A DNA stretch of 33,577 nt from Chlamydiota bacterium (lineage in GTDB: Bacteria; Chlamydiota; Chlamydiia; Chlamydiales; SM23-39), in the NCBI GenBank assembly GCA_048498835.1, contig JBEHXF010000019.1:1-33577 (forward strand), written 5' to 3'. Every line of letters starts with the position of its first letter. Within the stretch, counting starts at the first letter, position 1. This document shows, piece after piece, positions 8,204-17,086 of this stretch. Under the pieces are notes generated by a model. It was not told the origin of the DNA and ran no database searches. It saw nothing but the letters and a program-made list of their open reading frames with translations. The position numbers and the translations under genes were made by a program.

Positions 8204-9649
8204 ATGCTAAGTCAAATACTTGCTATTGCGCTGTATTTTTCGATCTTAGTTTTGATCGGGATTTTATCCCGAAAGAAAGATGCAAATGACAAAGATTTTA
8301 ATTTGGGCAGCCGCCAACTCAATTATTGGGTGACGGCCATCTCCGCACACGCGGATGACATGAGTTCATGGCTCTTCATCGCCTATCCGATGGCGATTTT
8401 TATGGCAGGAGCCGGCAAAGTGTGGATCGGCATTGGACTCGTACTAGGGATGTTCTCGAGCTGGCAAATCATCGCCCCCAGACTTCGCCGAGCAACTGAA
8501 AAATATGATAGTTACACCCTTCCCACATTTCTCGAACGCCGCTTTGGGGACACGTCAGGAGTCATTCGGATTGTTAGCGCCATCATGATCCTTTTTTTCA
8601 TGACCTACTATATCTCCGCTGGCCTGGTAGCCACAGGACGCCTCTTCGAAACCCTCTTCCAGATCGACTACTACATCGGGATTGCGGTTGCCATCTCCAT
8701 CATGCTCACCTATATGTATGCAGGCGGGTTTGTGTCGGTCGCCTGGACCGACTTTGCGCAAGGAATCTTCCTCCTTGTTGCTCTCGTCATCGTCCCGAGC
8801 ATTGCTTTCTTTCATCTCGAGAGCGTTACTCAAATTTTTGCAGCAGCTGAGGCAAAAGGGATTTCCCTTTCCCTGATACCCGATTTTTCATTCCCCTCAC
8901 TTTTCGCGATCCTCTCGCTCACCGCGGGATGGGGACTGGGCTACTTTGGACAACCCCATATTTTAAATAAATTTATGGCGATTAAAGACCCAAATGAACT
9001 TAGAAAGTCAAAATATCTGGGGATTTCTTGGCAAATTACCGTGCTCATCGCAGCTTCAGCCGTCGGTCTCATCGGTCTGGCCTTCTTCCCAGATGGTTTG
9101 GCAAAACCCGAAATGGTCTTCGTTGAAATGACCAAATCGGTCTTTTTCCCATTTGCTGTGACCTTAACCGTTTGCGGTATCTTTGCGGCCAATATGTCGA
9201 CAATGGATTCGCAAATTCTCGTTTGTGCAACGGTTCTCGCTGAAGATTTTTACAAGCGAGTCGTGAAGAAAAACGCCACCTCGAAAGAAATTCTTTGGGC
9301 TTCCCGCTTTGGAGTACTCTTCTTTTCAGGATTGGCTTTCCTCATGGCTTACGGTCAGAGCGCAACCATCATGTCGATTGTAGAATACGCCTGGTCAGGA
9401 CTCGGCGGCTCCTTTGGCCCCCTTCTCCTCACCGCGCTCTATTCTAAAAGTGTGAACCGCTATGGAGCCATTTCCGGCATCGCAGTGGGCGGACTCTCTG
9501 CAGCCATCTGGCCGACAGTCAATCCTCTGATCACAGATCTCCAAATTGTCCCTCTCTTCCCAGCCTTTCTCTTCAGCCTCGCCGCTATCTTCAGCGTCTC
9601 TTGGCTGACTAAAAATCGCGCCGAAGAGCGAACACCTGTTGAAGCATAA
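8204..9649 (+). CDS. putP: Sodium/proline symporter (SSS family)
   Basis: About 13 TM helices; motifs AISAHADDMSSWL, GGFVSVAWTDFAQG, GWGLGYFGQPHIL, MSTMDSQIL, YAWSGLGGSFGP. Confidence 0.9.
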   Translation: MLSQILAIALYFSILVLIGILSRKKDANDKDFNLGSRQLNYWVTAISAHADDMSSWLFIAYPMAIFMAGAGKVWIGIGLVLGMFSSWQIIAPRLRRATEKYDSYTLPTFLERRFGDTSGVIRIVSAIMILFFMTYYISAGLVATGRLFETLFQIDYYIGIAVAISIMLTYMYAGGFVSVAWTDFAQGIFLLVALVIVPSIAFFHLESVTQIFAAAEAKGISLSLIPDFSFPSLFAILSLTAGWGLGYFGQPHILNKFMAIKDPNELRKSKYLGISWQITVLIAASAVGLIGLAFFPDGLAKPEMVFVEMTKSVFFPFAVTLTVCGIFAANMSTMDSQILVCATVLAEDFYKRVVKKNATSKEILWASRFGVLFFSGLAFLMAYGQSATIMSIVEYAWSGLGGSFGPLLLTALYSKSVNRYGAISGIAVGGLSAAIWPTVNPLITDLQIVPLFPAFLFSLAAIFSVSWLTKNRAEERTPVEA

Positions 9650-9654
9650 ACCCT

Positions 9655-9681
9655 CAGGCCGGTTCTCGCCGGCCTGTTTCT
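9655..9681 (+). terminator. Rho-independent terminator after putP
   Basis: CAGGCCGG-ttctcg-CCGGCCTG followed by TTTCT. Confidence 0.7.
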
Positions 9682-9691
9682 AAAAATTTCA

Positions 9692-9720
9692 TTGTCAAAA
9701 ATTCCCGCCTCGCTTAGCCT
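9692..9720 (+). promoter_or_regulatory. Putative promoter of proS
   Basis: TTGTCA-N17-TAGCCT, with a GAGGA RBS before ATG 9766. Confidence 0.55.
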
Positions 9721-9765
9721 GCCTACTCAATTTTTTACTCACCATCCCTAACCAAGAGGAATCTT

Positions 9766-11295
9766 ATGGCAGCAGTAGCATTGAGACCCGCCCATCAACA
9801 ACCCCAAAACTTACTCCCAGTCACCCGAGAACAAAACTTTAGCGAATGGTATCGAGCCGTTCTAAAAAATGCAGAGCTAGCCGAATCATCTGCTGTGCGA
9901 GGATGCATGGTCATTCAACCTTGGGGGTATGGAATATGGGAACAAATACAAGCACAAATGGACGCACTGTTCAAACGTGAAAAATGTTGTAAAAATGCCT
10001 ATTTCCCTTTGTTCATTCCGACAAAACTATTTGCCGCAGAAGCAGAACATGTGGCTGGTTTTGCAAAAGAATGTGCAGTTGTCACCCATTACCGAATGAA
10101 ACTCGATAAAGGGAAGATGATTCCTGATCCAGAAGCTCAATTGGATGAACCTCTCATTGTCCGTCCAACATCTGAAACCATCATCGGCGTAACAATGAGC
10201 AACGACATCAGATCGCACCGGGATCTTCCCTATAAGCGCAATCAGTGGTGCAATGTGGTTCGTTGGGAGCATGCAACAATACCATTTCTACGAACAGCTG
10301 AATTTCTGTGGCAAGAGGGCCACTGCGCATTTGGAACTGAAGAGCAAGCTCGAGCAGATGCTTTAAAAATGGCTAGCGTCTACGAAACGTTTATGACTCA
10401 ATACTGCGCTCTGCCAGTTATTTTAGGCGAAAAATCTCCCGTTGAGCGCTTTGCTGGAGCTGTCCAAACTTATTGTCTTGAAGCCATGATGCAAGATGGA
10501 AAAGCTGTACAAGCAGGAACTTCTCATTACTTGGGAACAAATTTTGCAAAGGCTTCTGGTATTCAGTTTAATGATCAAGAAAACACGAGACAATACGCAC
10601 ATACAACATCTTGGGGAGTCAGCACTCGGCTGATTGGAACTTTGATTATGACCCACTCCGATGATGATGGCTTGCGTATTCCTCCGCGCCTAGCGACAAG
10701 CCACATAGCAATCATTCCATCTGGTCATAAAAATATTGAACAAAGAGACCAATACATCTCTAAAATTGAAGATTTGCTTAAGGAAGTTCAATTTAGCAAG
10801 CGCGATCTTTCTGTTGAACACGATACTCGAGACATAAAAACCGGGGAAAAATCCTATGAATGGATTCGAAAAGGGGTACCTCTTCGTTTTGAAATTGGTG
10901 CACGCGAAGCTGACAACCAAACCGTAACGGTTTATCGGCGCGATGTAGATAAAAATGACAAACCAACCGTTGTAAAGATAGACGAACTAGTCCCCTATGT
11001 TCTTAAAACATTGGAAGAAATTCAGTCCAATTACTTCGAACAAGCGAGCAAATTCCTTGCAGGACATATCCGAACAGACATTACAAACTTAAAAGAACTA
11101 CACCATTTCTTCGAAACCGAGATCGGTTTTGTCCGCGCAAAATGGAGCGAAGATGGTGAAGCAGAAGAACAGCTTAAAAAGGATCATAAGGTGACGATTC
11201 GTTGCATTCCGCTAGATCAAAGCGGCACGGAAGGGACCTGCGTTCTCACAGGGAAGCCCGCGACCCTGGATGTTATTTTTGGTAAGTCTTACTAA
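9766..11295 (+). CDS. proS: Proline--tRNA ligase, archaeal/eukaryote-like type (no editing insertion, C-terminal domain ending GKSY)
   Basis: VRPTSET, NQWCNVVRWE, FLRTAEFLWQEGH, QAGTSHYLG, TTSWGVSTRLIG, TIRCIP...VIFGKSY. Confidence 0.95.
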   Translation: MAAVALRPAHQQPQNLLPVTREQNFSEWYRAVLKNAELAESSAVRGCMVIQPWGYGIWEQIQAQMDALFKREKCCKNAYFPLFIPTKLFAAEAEHVAGFAKECAVVTHYRMKLDKGKMIPDPEAQLDEPLIVRPTSETIIGVTMSNDIRSHRDLPYKRNQWCNVVRWEHATIPFLRTAEFLWQEGHCAFGTEEQARADALKMASVYETFMTQYCALPVILGEKSPVERFAGAVQTYCLEAMMQDGKAVQAGTSHYLGTNFAKASGIQFNDQENTRQYAHTTSWGVSTRLIGTLIMTHSDDDGLRIPPRLATSHIAIIPSGHKNIEQRDQYISKIEDLLKEVQFSKRDLSVEHDTRDIKTGEKSYEWIRKGVPLRFEIGAREADNQTVTVYRRDVDKNDKPTVVKIDELVPYVLKTLEEIQSNYFEQASKFLAGHIRTDITNLKELHHFFETEIGFVRAKWSEDGEAEEQLKKDHKVTIRCIPLDQSGTEGTCVLTGKPATLDVIFGKSY

Positions 11296-11306
11296 ACACT
11301 TTTCAG

Positions 11307-11330
11307 ACCCGCACGGCCACGTGCGGGTTT
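11307..11330 (+). terminator. Terminator after proS
   Basis: ACCCGCACG-gcca-CGTGCGGGT, a 9-bp stem with a short T tail. Confidence 0.65.
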
Positions 11331-11356
11331 ACATTAAATATTTATCGTCATAGAAT
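11328..11356 (+). promoter_or_regulatory. Near-consensus promoter for the SIS-proC operon
   Basis: TTTACA-N17-TAGAAT. Confidence 0.65.
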
Positions 11357-11386
11357 CGCCGTCACTTTTTTCACCAGGTAAAAAAT

Positions 11387-12508
11387 ATGACACATTCTAT
11401 TCAACCAAGACTTGAACGTTACAAACAATTCATCGAGACACAATTTATCGACAGCCTCCTCTGGAATAAGGATTATTCAATGGATGGCTTAGACCCGGAA
11501 TTAAAAGCTAAAATTCTTGCAGGTCAATTTAGAAAAATCATCTTCACAGGCATGGGATGCTCCGCCATCGTGTCAGATGTGATCAAAGGGTTTTTCGCTG
11601 ATCAAGAAATCCCGATTTACGTAGATGTAATCAATGACTATGACATTGATGTTTTGGTCGATAAGAACGACCTGAAGGATGACAGAACCTTGATCATCAT
11701 CAGTTCCTATAGTGGCCACTCGCAAGAGCCGATCTATTTTTACCATAGAGTTAAATCGTTAAGCCAAAACATCATTTTCCTCACCTCTGGCGGGCAGCTA
11801 GGAGATCTAGCGATGAAAGAGGGAGTCTCGATCGTCCATTGGAGATTGAGAAATCCCGATCGGGAATATCCGCTTTTCCACGTTCCACAATACTTTAGCA
11901 TCTTGCTCGATCTCTTTTTTGAATTGAATATTCTCAAATCGAACTATTTCAATGAACTGCAAGCAGTAACCCACTTTTTGAAGCAAGAGTTTCAGGCGGA
12001 GAAAATCAGAGAAGCAGAAGCTGTTGCCAATAGATTGCGCGATCATGAAATCGTATTCATCGCTCAGCCAAAATGGTACATTTCTCTTTTAAAACTGGCT
12101 GATATGCATGTAAACGAAATGGCGATGGTTCCAGCTCATAGAAACTATTTTCACGAGTTTACCCATAGTGAAGTCGCCGTTTTCAGCGATCCGAAAGAAA
12201 AATTGGGCATCGTCCTTTTAAAAGACCCAGGAAAAGACGAATACATGAGAAAGAAAATGGAGAGATTTTCTCGTCTTATGACCGATGAACAAGTAAGGCA
12301 AAACGATCAGATTGAGTTAGTTGAAATTGAGCTCAATCAAACCAACTTTTTCGAAAAATTCTTCTCAACGCTCCTCTTCATCAATCACGTGTCCTACTTT
12401 TTGGGCATTTACGCAAACGTGAAATCGAGAGAGCTCATCTCAACCGCTGCTGGAAACCCTTGGTATAACCAAAAAACAATCCAGAGCGAAGCAGCTCTCA
12501 CACGGTAA
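11387..12508 (+). CDS. Double-SIS-domain protein of the bifunctional phosphoglucose/phosphomannose isomerase (PGI/PMI) fold, divergent
   Basis: GMGCS, SSYSGHSQE, TSGGQL, NEMAMVPA...EFTHSE echo the PGI/PMI motifs GMGGS, SYSGNTEE, TSGG and NEN...E..HNE. Confidence 0.75.
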   Translation: MTHSIQPRLERYKQFIETQFIDSLLWNKDYSMDGLDPELKAKILAGQFRKIIFTGMGCSAIVSDVIKGFFADQEIPIYVDVINDYDIDVLVDKNDLKDDRTLIIISSYSGHSQEPIYFYHRVKSLSQNIIFLTSGGQLGDLAMKEGVSIVHWRLRNPDREYPLFHVPQYFSILLDLFFELNILKSNYFNELQAVTHFLKQEFQAEKIREAEAVANRLRDHEIVFIAQPKWYISLLKLADMHVNEMAMVPAHRNYFHEFTHSEVAVFSDPKEKLGIVLLKDPGKDEYMRKKMERFSRLMTDEQVRQNDQIELVEIELNQTNFFEKFFSTLLFINHVSYFLGIYANVKSRELISTAAGNPWYNQKTIQSEAALTR

Positions 12509-12511
12509 GCT

Positions 12512-13426
12512 ATGCAAGCGATATCAGCACGATCAGCACTTCCACCAGATAACCCCATCGCCCTTAAAACAATTGGTTTTGTCGGCGGAGGAAATTTGGC
12601 CCGAGCGCTCATTGCCGGATTGACTAAAGAAGGCTTTCCACCCAGGCAGATTGTCGTGAGCAATCGGACCTCCGAGAAGCTTGAAAATCTCGTGCGTGAG
12701 TTTGGTATCATTCCTGCAGAAACGAATAGAGATACTGCAGCTCGTGCTGATATCTTAGTCCTGGCTGTGAAACCACAAGATACAAAAGCAGTGATCGAGG
12801 AAATTAAAGAGGCGGTGCAAGCAAAGGCGCCACTGATTATTTCCTTAGCGGCAGGTCTTCGCATGCAAGAACTAGAAGAATGGTTGGGAGAGGGCTTAAG
12901 CATGATCCGAACTATGCCCAATACGGCGGCGATCATTGGAAAAGGGATCACCGCTCTGTTTGCGAATGATCGTTCCACAGAAGAGCAAAGGGCCCTTGCT
13001 GCATCCTTTTTTAACTCAGTAGGAACCACTTGCTGGGTGAAAGAAGAAAGAGACCTCGATGTGTTGACCCCTTTCATGGGCAGTGGAATAGCTTACCTCT
13101 ATTTATTTATTGAAGCGATGGAAGCTGCAGCAAAAGAAACGGGAGTGGAGCCAGATCTCATTAAGGTCTTGGCAAGACAAACCGTCTTTAGCGCAGCTGA
13201 AATGGCGCTTGCAGGTGAATCGCTTGATGTTCTCACTGCACAAGTTGCCACACGCGGTGGGGTGACAGAACCTTCTTTAGATATTGTACGAAAAGGAGGT
13301 CTCTTTGAATCGCTACTAAAAGCTTTTCGAATGGTAACAGAACGATGTGAAAGACTGAGCGAAGAGCTTCAGAAAGCTAGTCACGAGCAGCCTGAATCAG
13401 AACAGAAGCCGCCAAAATTAGAATGA
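12512..13426 (+). CDS. proC: Pyrroline-5-carboxylate reductase (ProC) family protein
   Basis: IGFVGGGNLA Rossmann motif, LAVKPQ, ISLAAG, IRTMPNT, GSGIAY, VATRGGVT (canonical V.SPGGTT). Starts 3 nt after the SIS gene stop. Confidence 0.85.
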   Translation: MQAISARSALPPDNPIALKTIGFVGGGNLARALIAGLTKEGFPPRQIVVSNRTSEKLENLVREFGIIPAETNRDTAARADILVLAVKPQDTKAVIEEIKEAVQAKAPLIISLAAGLRMQELEEWLGEGLSMIRTMPNTAAIIGKGITALFANDRSTEEQRALAASFFNSVGTTCWVKEERDLDVLTPFMGSGIAYLYLFIEAMEAAAKETGVEPDLIKVLARQTVFSAAEMALAGESLDVLTAQVATRGGVTEPSLDIVRKGGLFESLLKAFRMVTERCERLSEELQKASHEQPESEQKPPKLE

Positions 13427-14270
13427 TTCCACCGATTTGCAAAGAGGTGATCGTTTCGCCTAAAAGGGCGACACCGACTAAGAGCGTCACTCCTGGCTCG
13501 CATACACTAGCCATCGATGCCTTTAAGGAACTCACCTCTTTCAATCCCTCCAACATCAATTGGATGGGTATGGCTGTAGCAAAGACTCCAATCGCAATCA
13601 GATAGGCCATCGATGATAGTGTCGTGGGCATCGTAAGTTCTCCATCGACAAGAGCAAAAATCAGATAGATCAGAGCGCTACCCAAGCAGACAAGGGAAGT
13701 GAAAGGGCGAGGCGCCATCTGCTGTAAAACAGCTTTACTTTTGAGAATATAAAGAGCGTAGCTTACTGCTGATAACATCCCAAGTCCGATGCCCAGCGTA
13801 TTGGGTGTAAGGCCGCCTCGCTCCATGAGACAGACAAGTCCGACAGGAAAGCTAATCAAAGAAAGTAGAGTAACGCGATCGGCGCGCCACCCATTTTGAA
13901 GGAAAGAATAGAGCGCGACAAATAAGGGGAATGAGAAGAAGACGACCATGGCGATCCCAGTCCCTGTTGTCCGGCTTGCCGCAAAAAAGAGCATGGATCC
14001 TAGGACATAGTAAAGCGAGCAGAGAACCAACGTCACAAAGAACTGGCTCACTTCCGACACGGGAAAAGGAGATCTATCTTTCCACCAGCAGTACCCCGTC
14101 ATCCAAATCGTAGCAATAAAAAATCGCCAAAATAACATCGAAGAGAGTGTGAAATTCTCTTCAAATAATTTTGTGCCGAGATAACCCAAAAATCCATACA
14201 GAGTTCCCGATAAAAGGATGAGCGCCATCGGCTTGAACTTACTAGAACTGAGATCTTTAGTGATTTGCAT
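13377..14270 (-). CDS. EamA/DMT family transporter
   Basis: Ten TM helices in two repeats; FWRFFIA, EPGVTLLVGVALLGE, QIGGIILIL. Confidence 0.9.
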   Translation of the reverse strand: MQITKDLSSSKFKPMALILLSGTLYGFLGYLGTKLFEENFTLSSMLFWRFFIATIWMTGYCWWKDRSPFPVSEVSQFFVTLVLCSLYYVLGSMLFFAASRTTGTGIAMVVFFSFPLFVALYSFLQNGWRADRVTLLSLISFPVGLVCLMERGGLTPNTLGIGLGMLSAVSYALYILKSKAVLQQMAPRPFTSLVCLGSALIYLIFALVDGELTMPTTLSSMAYLIAIGVFATAIPIQLMLEGLKEVSSLKASMASVCEPGVTLLVGVALLGETITSLQIGGIILILAASVLIQAARD

Positions 14271-14324
14271 TGGGTACTCTGTAACGATTGAAATAAAAGA
14301 TTATGTTAAGATACATTTTTGACC

Positions 14325-15059
14325 ATGATCCAACGCGTTGACTGCATCATTCCTATTGGCTCTCCAGAGGAATTTGCCTTACTTCTTCCTCACACTCCAC
14401 CTGCTAATCGCCGAAAAGATACTATCTCCTCCTCTCTTATTCGTCCAATTCGCCCAGCTGTTCCCATTCGCTGCGTCCTAAGCGCAGCTCTCGCTACACT
14501 CCACGCCTCGCTCTGGCTCTTTCATTTAGGATCTTGCCTGACCGACTTCTTGTGTGGTGCAGATTCTCAAAAAACGATTTTTTTAAAGCTTCACGATCTA
14601 GCGGATAATCAAGATGAGGCCCGCTCTTTTATGGAACAGGTCTCTCGAGAATCGACCGACCCATCGACGCAATTTTTAATGATTCAATTTCTAGCTCTTC
14701 CAGAAATCCACCCCCATCTCGGAGAAATTCTCCGAGGGGCGAACGTCCGGTTACAAGGAGACCAAGGACGTTACTTCCGTACATGGTCTGCTCATGAGAG
14801 CGCTCGCCCCCGCACCTCTTCCCATCTCCATCTTCCCAATGAATGCTATGAAATCGGGCATCTCCTTTTCTACCTTGATTTGGAGGGGCACACCCGTATG
14901 CAATTTGAAAATTCACCTTTGAACAGCTGTCGAAATTGGGTTTATCACACTCTCGATTATCTCTATCATTTACGCGATGGCGAACAAATCGGCGTTGCGG
15001 GAACATCGCCACACGTGGAATCTCGTTATCTCGACGTTTCCATCAATAGCTTGGGGTGA
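14325..15059 (+). CDS. Hypothetical protein
   Basis: ORF of about 244 aa (ATG 14325) with a C-rich coding strand like other native + strand genes. No confident family. Confidence 0.65.
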   Translation: MIQRVDCIIPIGSPEEFALLLPHTPPANRRKDTISSSLIRPIRPAVPIRCVLSAALATLHASLWLFHLGSCLTDFLCGADSQKTIFLKLHDLADNQDEARSFMEQVSRESTDPSTQFLMIQFLALPEIHPHLGEILRGANVRLQGDQGRYFRTWSAHESARPRTSSHLHLPNECYEIGHLLFYLDLEGHTRMQFENSPLNSCRNWVYHTLDYLYHLRDGEQIGVAGTSPHVESRYLDVSINSLG

Positions 15060-15535
15060 ATAGGTCCTAAGCCCTTTTCATCGACTTGAAAAAGTTTTTC
15101 AAGATCTACAGTCTGCTTGGATCCTTTTGAGCCGCTCGATTGAAGCTGGATGGCTTGATGGGGCACAACTGCGCCAGTGGAGAAAAACTGAACCGAAAAG
15201 TCGCGGATTTCTTTTTCATCCAGGTAGAGATGAAAAGGGCCGAGCATGGCTTGCCGATCCACAGCTCGTTCAGGATCTTCCGTACAAATAAACTGGACCG
15301 ACCACCCTTTTTTCTCCGCATGTAAATCGAGTCGCCAATCAGCTTTTGTATTCAAAGCCATCATCCGAGATTGGATAAATAGCGCTTTCAAGCGACCCAC
15401 ATCGCTCTCAAAACGCTGCCGCTCCAGTAGGCGCCCGATTCTCCAAAACAGAGCGCCACTAGCCACAGCTAACAAACAGACGCCGATCATGATTTCGAAG
15501 AGAGTAAAAGTCCTTTTACTTCTCATCCTCATCAT
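15026..15535 (-). CDS. Type II secretion minor pseudopilin (GspH-like)
   Basis: Prepilin-like N-terminus SKRT/FTLFEIMIGV; last gene of the gsp cluster. Confidence 0.75.
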   Translation of the reverse strand: MMRMRSKRTFTLFEIMIGVCLLAVASGALFWRIGRLLERQRFESDVGRLKALFIQSRMMALNTKADWRLDLHAEKKGWSVQFICTEDPERAVDRQAMLGPFHLYLDEKEIRDFSVQFFSTGAVVPHQAIQLQSSGSKGSKQTVDLEKLFQVDEKGLGPIHPKLLMETSR

Positions 15536-15890
15536 ACTTATCGCTATTATCTGAGGTGATTTTGAAATCTTTTCGATCGCGTGTCACCGAAATCTTAAAT
15601 TCAGATCCCCAACCATCGGCTAATAGCTTCGAGGGATTTTTAGCTAAGTTCAACTCTTCCAGATAGGGCAAAGGATCTTTCGCTAATTTTTCGGGGTCTT
15701 TTCCCTCCGCTACCAACAATAACAACATATCGTGGAGCTGTTCTTTGGCTTGGATGGATCGAAATACTTTTCCTTTATCCAAGGAACCTTTCATGTTGTA
15801 GCCAATAACCCCAGTGATCAGGGTAATTAAGAAAATCACAATCATGATCTCGAGGAGAGTCAATGTTCTTTTTCGTCGTCGAATATTCAT
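15516..15890 (-). CDS. gspG: Type II secretion major pseudopilin (GspG-like)
   Basis: RRRKRT/LTLLEIMIVIFLITLI and DGWG motif. Start re-set to ATG 15890 with a GAGGT RBS. Confidence 0.8.
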   Translation of the reverse strand: MNIRRRKRTLTLLEIMIVIFLITLITGVIGYNMKGSLDKGKVFRSIQAKEQLHDMLLLLVAEGKDPEKLAKDPLPYLEELNLAKNPSKLLADGWGSEFKISVTRDRKDFKITSDNSDKYDEDEK

Positions 15891-15898
15891 ACGGTACC

Positions 15899-17086
15899 TC
15901 AATTCGTAGCAAATGAGCTCACATCAGTGAGCGGTAGTAAAACAGAAAGCAAGACAAAACCGACAATCGCTCCCAATAATAAAAGGAGAGCCGGCTGGGC
16001 GACGGTAGCAAAATGGGAGAGAGTGCGCTCCATATCCTCTTCGTAAATATCAGCGATTTGTTGCAGCATCGAAGGAAGATTCCCCGCCTCTTCGGCAATT
16101 CCTAACATTCTCGGAACAAGAGGAGGAATCGATCGGTGACCTTTGAATGCCGCATGAATCGGCTCTCCCTCTGCAATCGTCTGTTCCGCTTTTTCCACCA
16201 CAGCCTCTAGCATCGGATGACGCATGGTCACTCTCGCTTGGGCAAATGCAGTCACAATGGGTACACCACCTTCCAGTAACGTCGCTGCCGCTCGGCAAAA
16301 TCGAACTAGGGCCACTTTCGATAAAAGAGGGCCAATCCACGGTAATTTACTAAACCATTGGAACATGGCCTCTTTCCATCGATTGGACAAATAAATTCCA
16401 ATGCAGCCCCCTCCGATTCCCAACACGACAACCGACAACAACATCTTGGAGCGGCAAGCGAAATGGCTCAGTCCAAAAACAATTTGGGTAAAAGGGTGTA
16501 AAGTCCTTCCATCAAATAGCTCTTCCAAAGAAGGAATCACATAGAAGAGCAGAGTCGCCAAAACAAATAAGCAAAAACTGAATAGCAAAGAAGGATAGAG
16601 AAGTGCGCTCACCAGCTGTTTGCGAATAGTTTGCTGTTTGGCCAGCAGCGTCGCCAATTCATCCAACGTCGGCCCCAATCTCCCAGTTTTCTCGGCATTA
16701 TCGATCATCGCCGTATAGAGGAGATCGAAAGTCTTTGCGTGACGCGAAAGAGCCGTAGAAAAAGAGTAGCCGGCCTTCACCTGTTCGCATAAATCAAGTA
16801 AGAGTCGCTGGGCTTTCTGCCCGCGATATTTTTCTTCCATGGCCGAGAGCGATTCATAAAGAGGAAGTCCAGCCTTCAATAAACGGGACAATTCACGAGT
16901 GAAATTCAGCACTTCAGCCCGATTTAAAAGTGATTTGCTAGATTGAGACTGCAAGGGAAGAATCCGCGTGAGGAAAATCGCCTGCTTGACCAATTTTTGT
17001 TTTGCGTCAGCCAGACTTTCAGCGTCTAAAACACCGGTTGTCTTTTTCCCTTTCGAATCAATTGCCTCATAGCGAAAAAGAGCCAT
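15899..17086 (-). CDS. gspF: Type II secretion inner-membrane platform protein GspF
   Basis: FTRELSRLLKAGLPL, AEKTGRL, ALLYP, AEEAGNL, SVLLPL; two GspF repeats. Confidence 0.93.
   Translation of the reverse strand: MALFRYEAIDSKGKKTTGVLDAESLADAKQKLVKQAIFLTRILPLQSQSSKSLLNRAEVLNFTRELSRLLKAGLPLYESLSAMEEKYRGQKAQRLLLDLCEQVKAGYSFSTALSRHAKTFDLLYTAMIDNAEKTGRLGPTLDELATLLAKQQTIRKQLVSALLYPSLLFSFCLFVLATLLFYVIPSLEELFDGRTLHPFTQIVFGLSHFACRSKMLLSVVVLGIGGGCIGIYLSNRWKEAMFQWFSKLPWIGPLLSKVALVRFCRAAATLLEGGVPIVTAFAQARVTMRHPMLEAVVEKAEQTIAEGEPIHAAFKGHRSIPPLVPRMLGIAEEAGNLPSMLQQIADIYEEDMERTLSHFATVAQPALLLLLGAIVGFVLLSVLLPLTDVSSFATN

Noticed and set aside
9650..9765. Possible T-box riboswitch or attenuator upstream of proS
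   Set aside because: The region is too short, has no T-box motif, and is explained by the putP terminator plus a promoter and RBS.
12409..13077. 222-aa antisense ORF over proC
   Set aside because: It is a mirror-frame shadow of a well-supported gene and has no motifs. The same applies to 1540..2010, 19160..19573 and 29055..29543.
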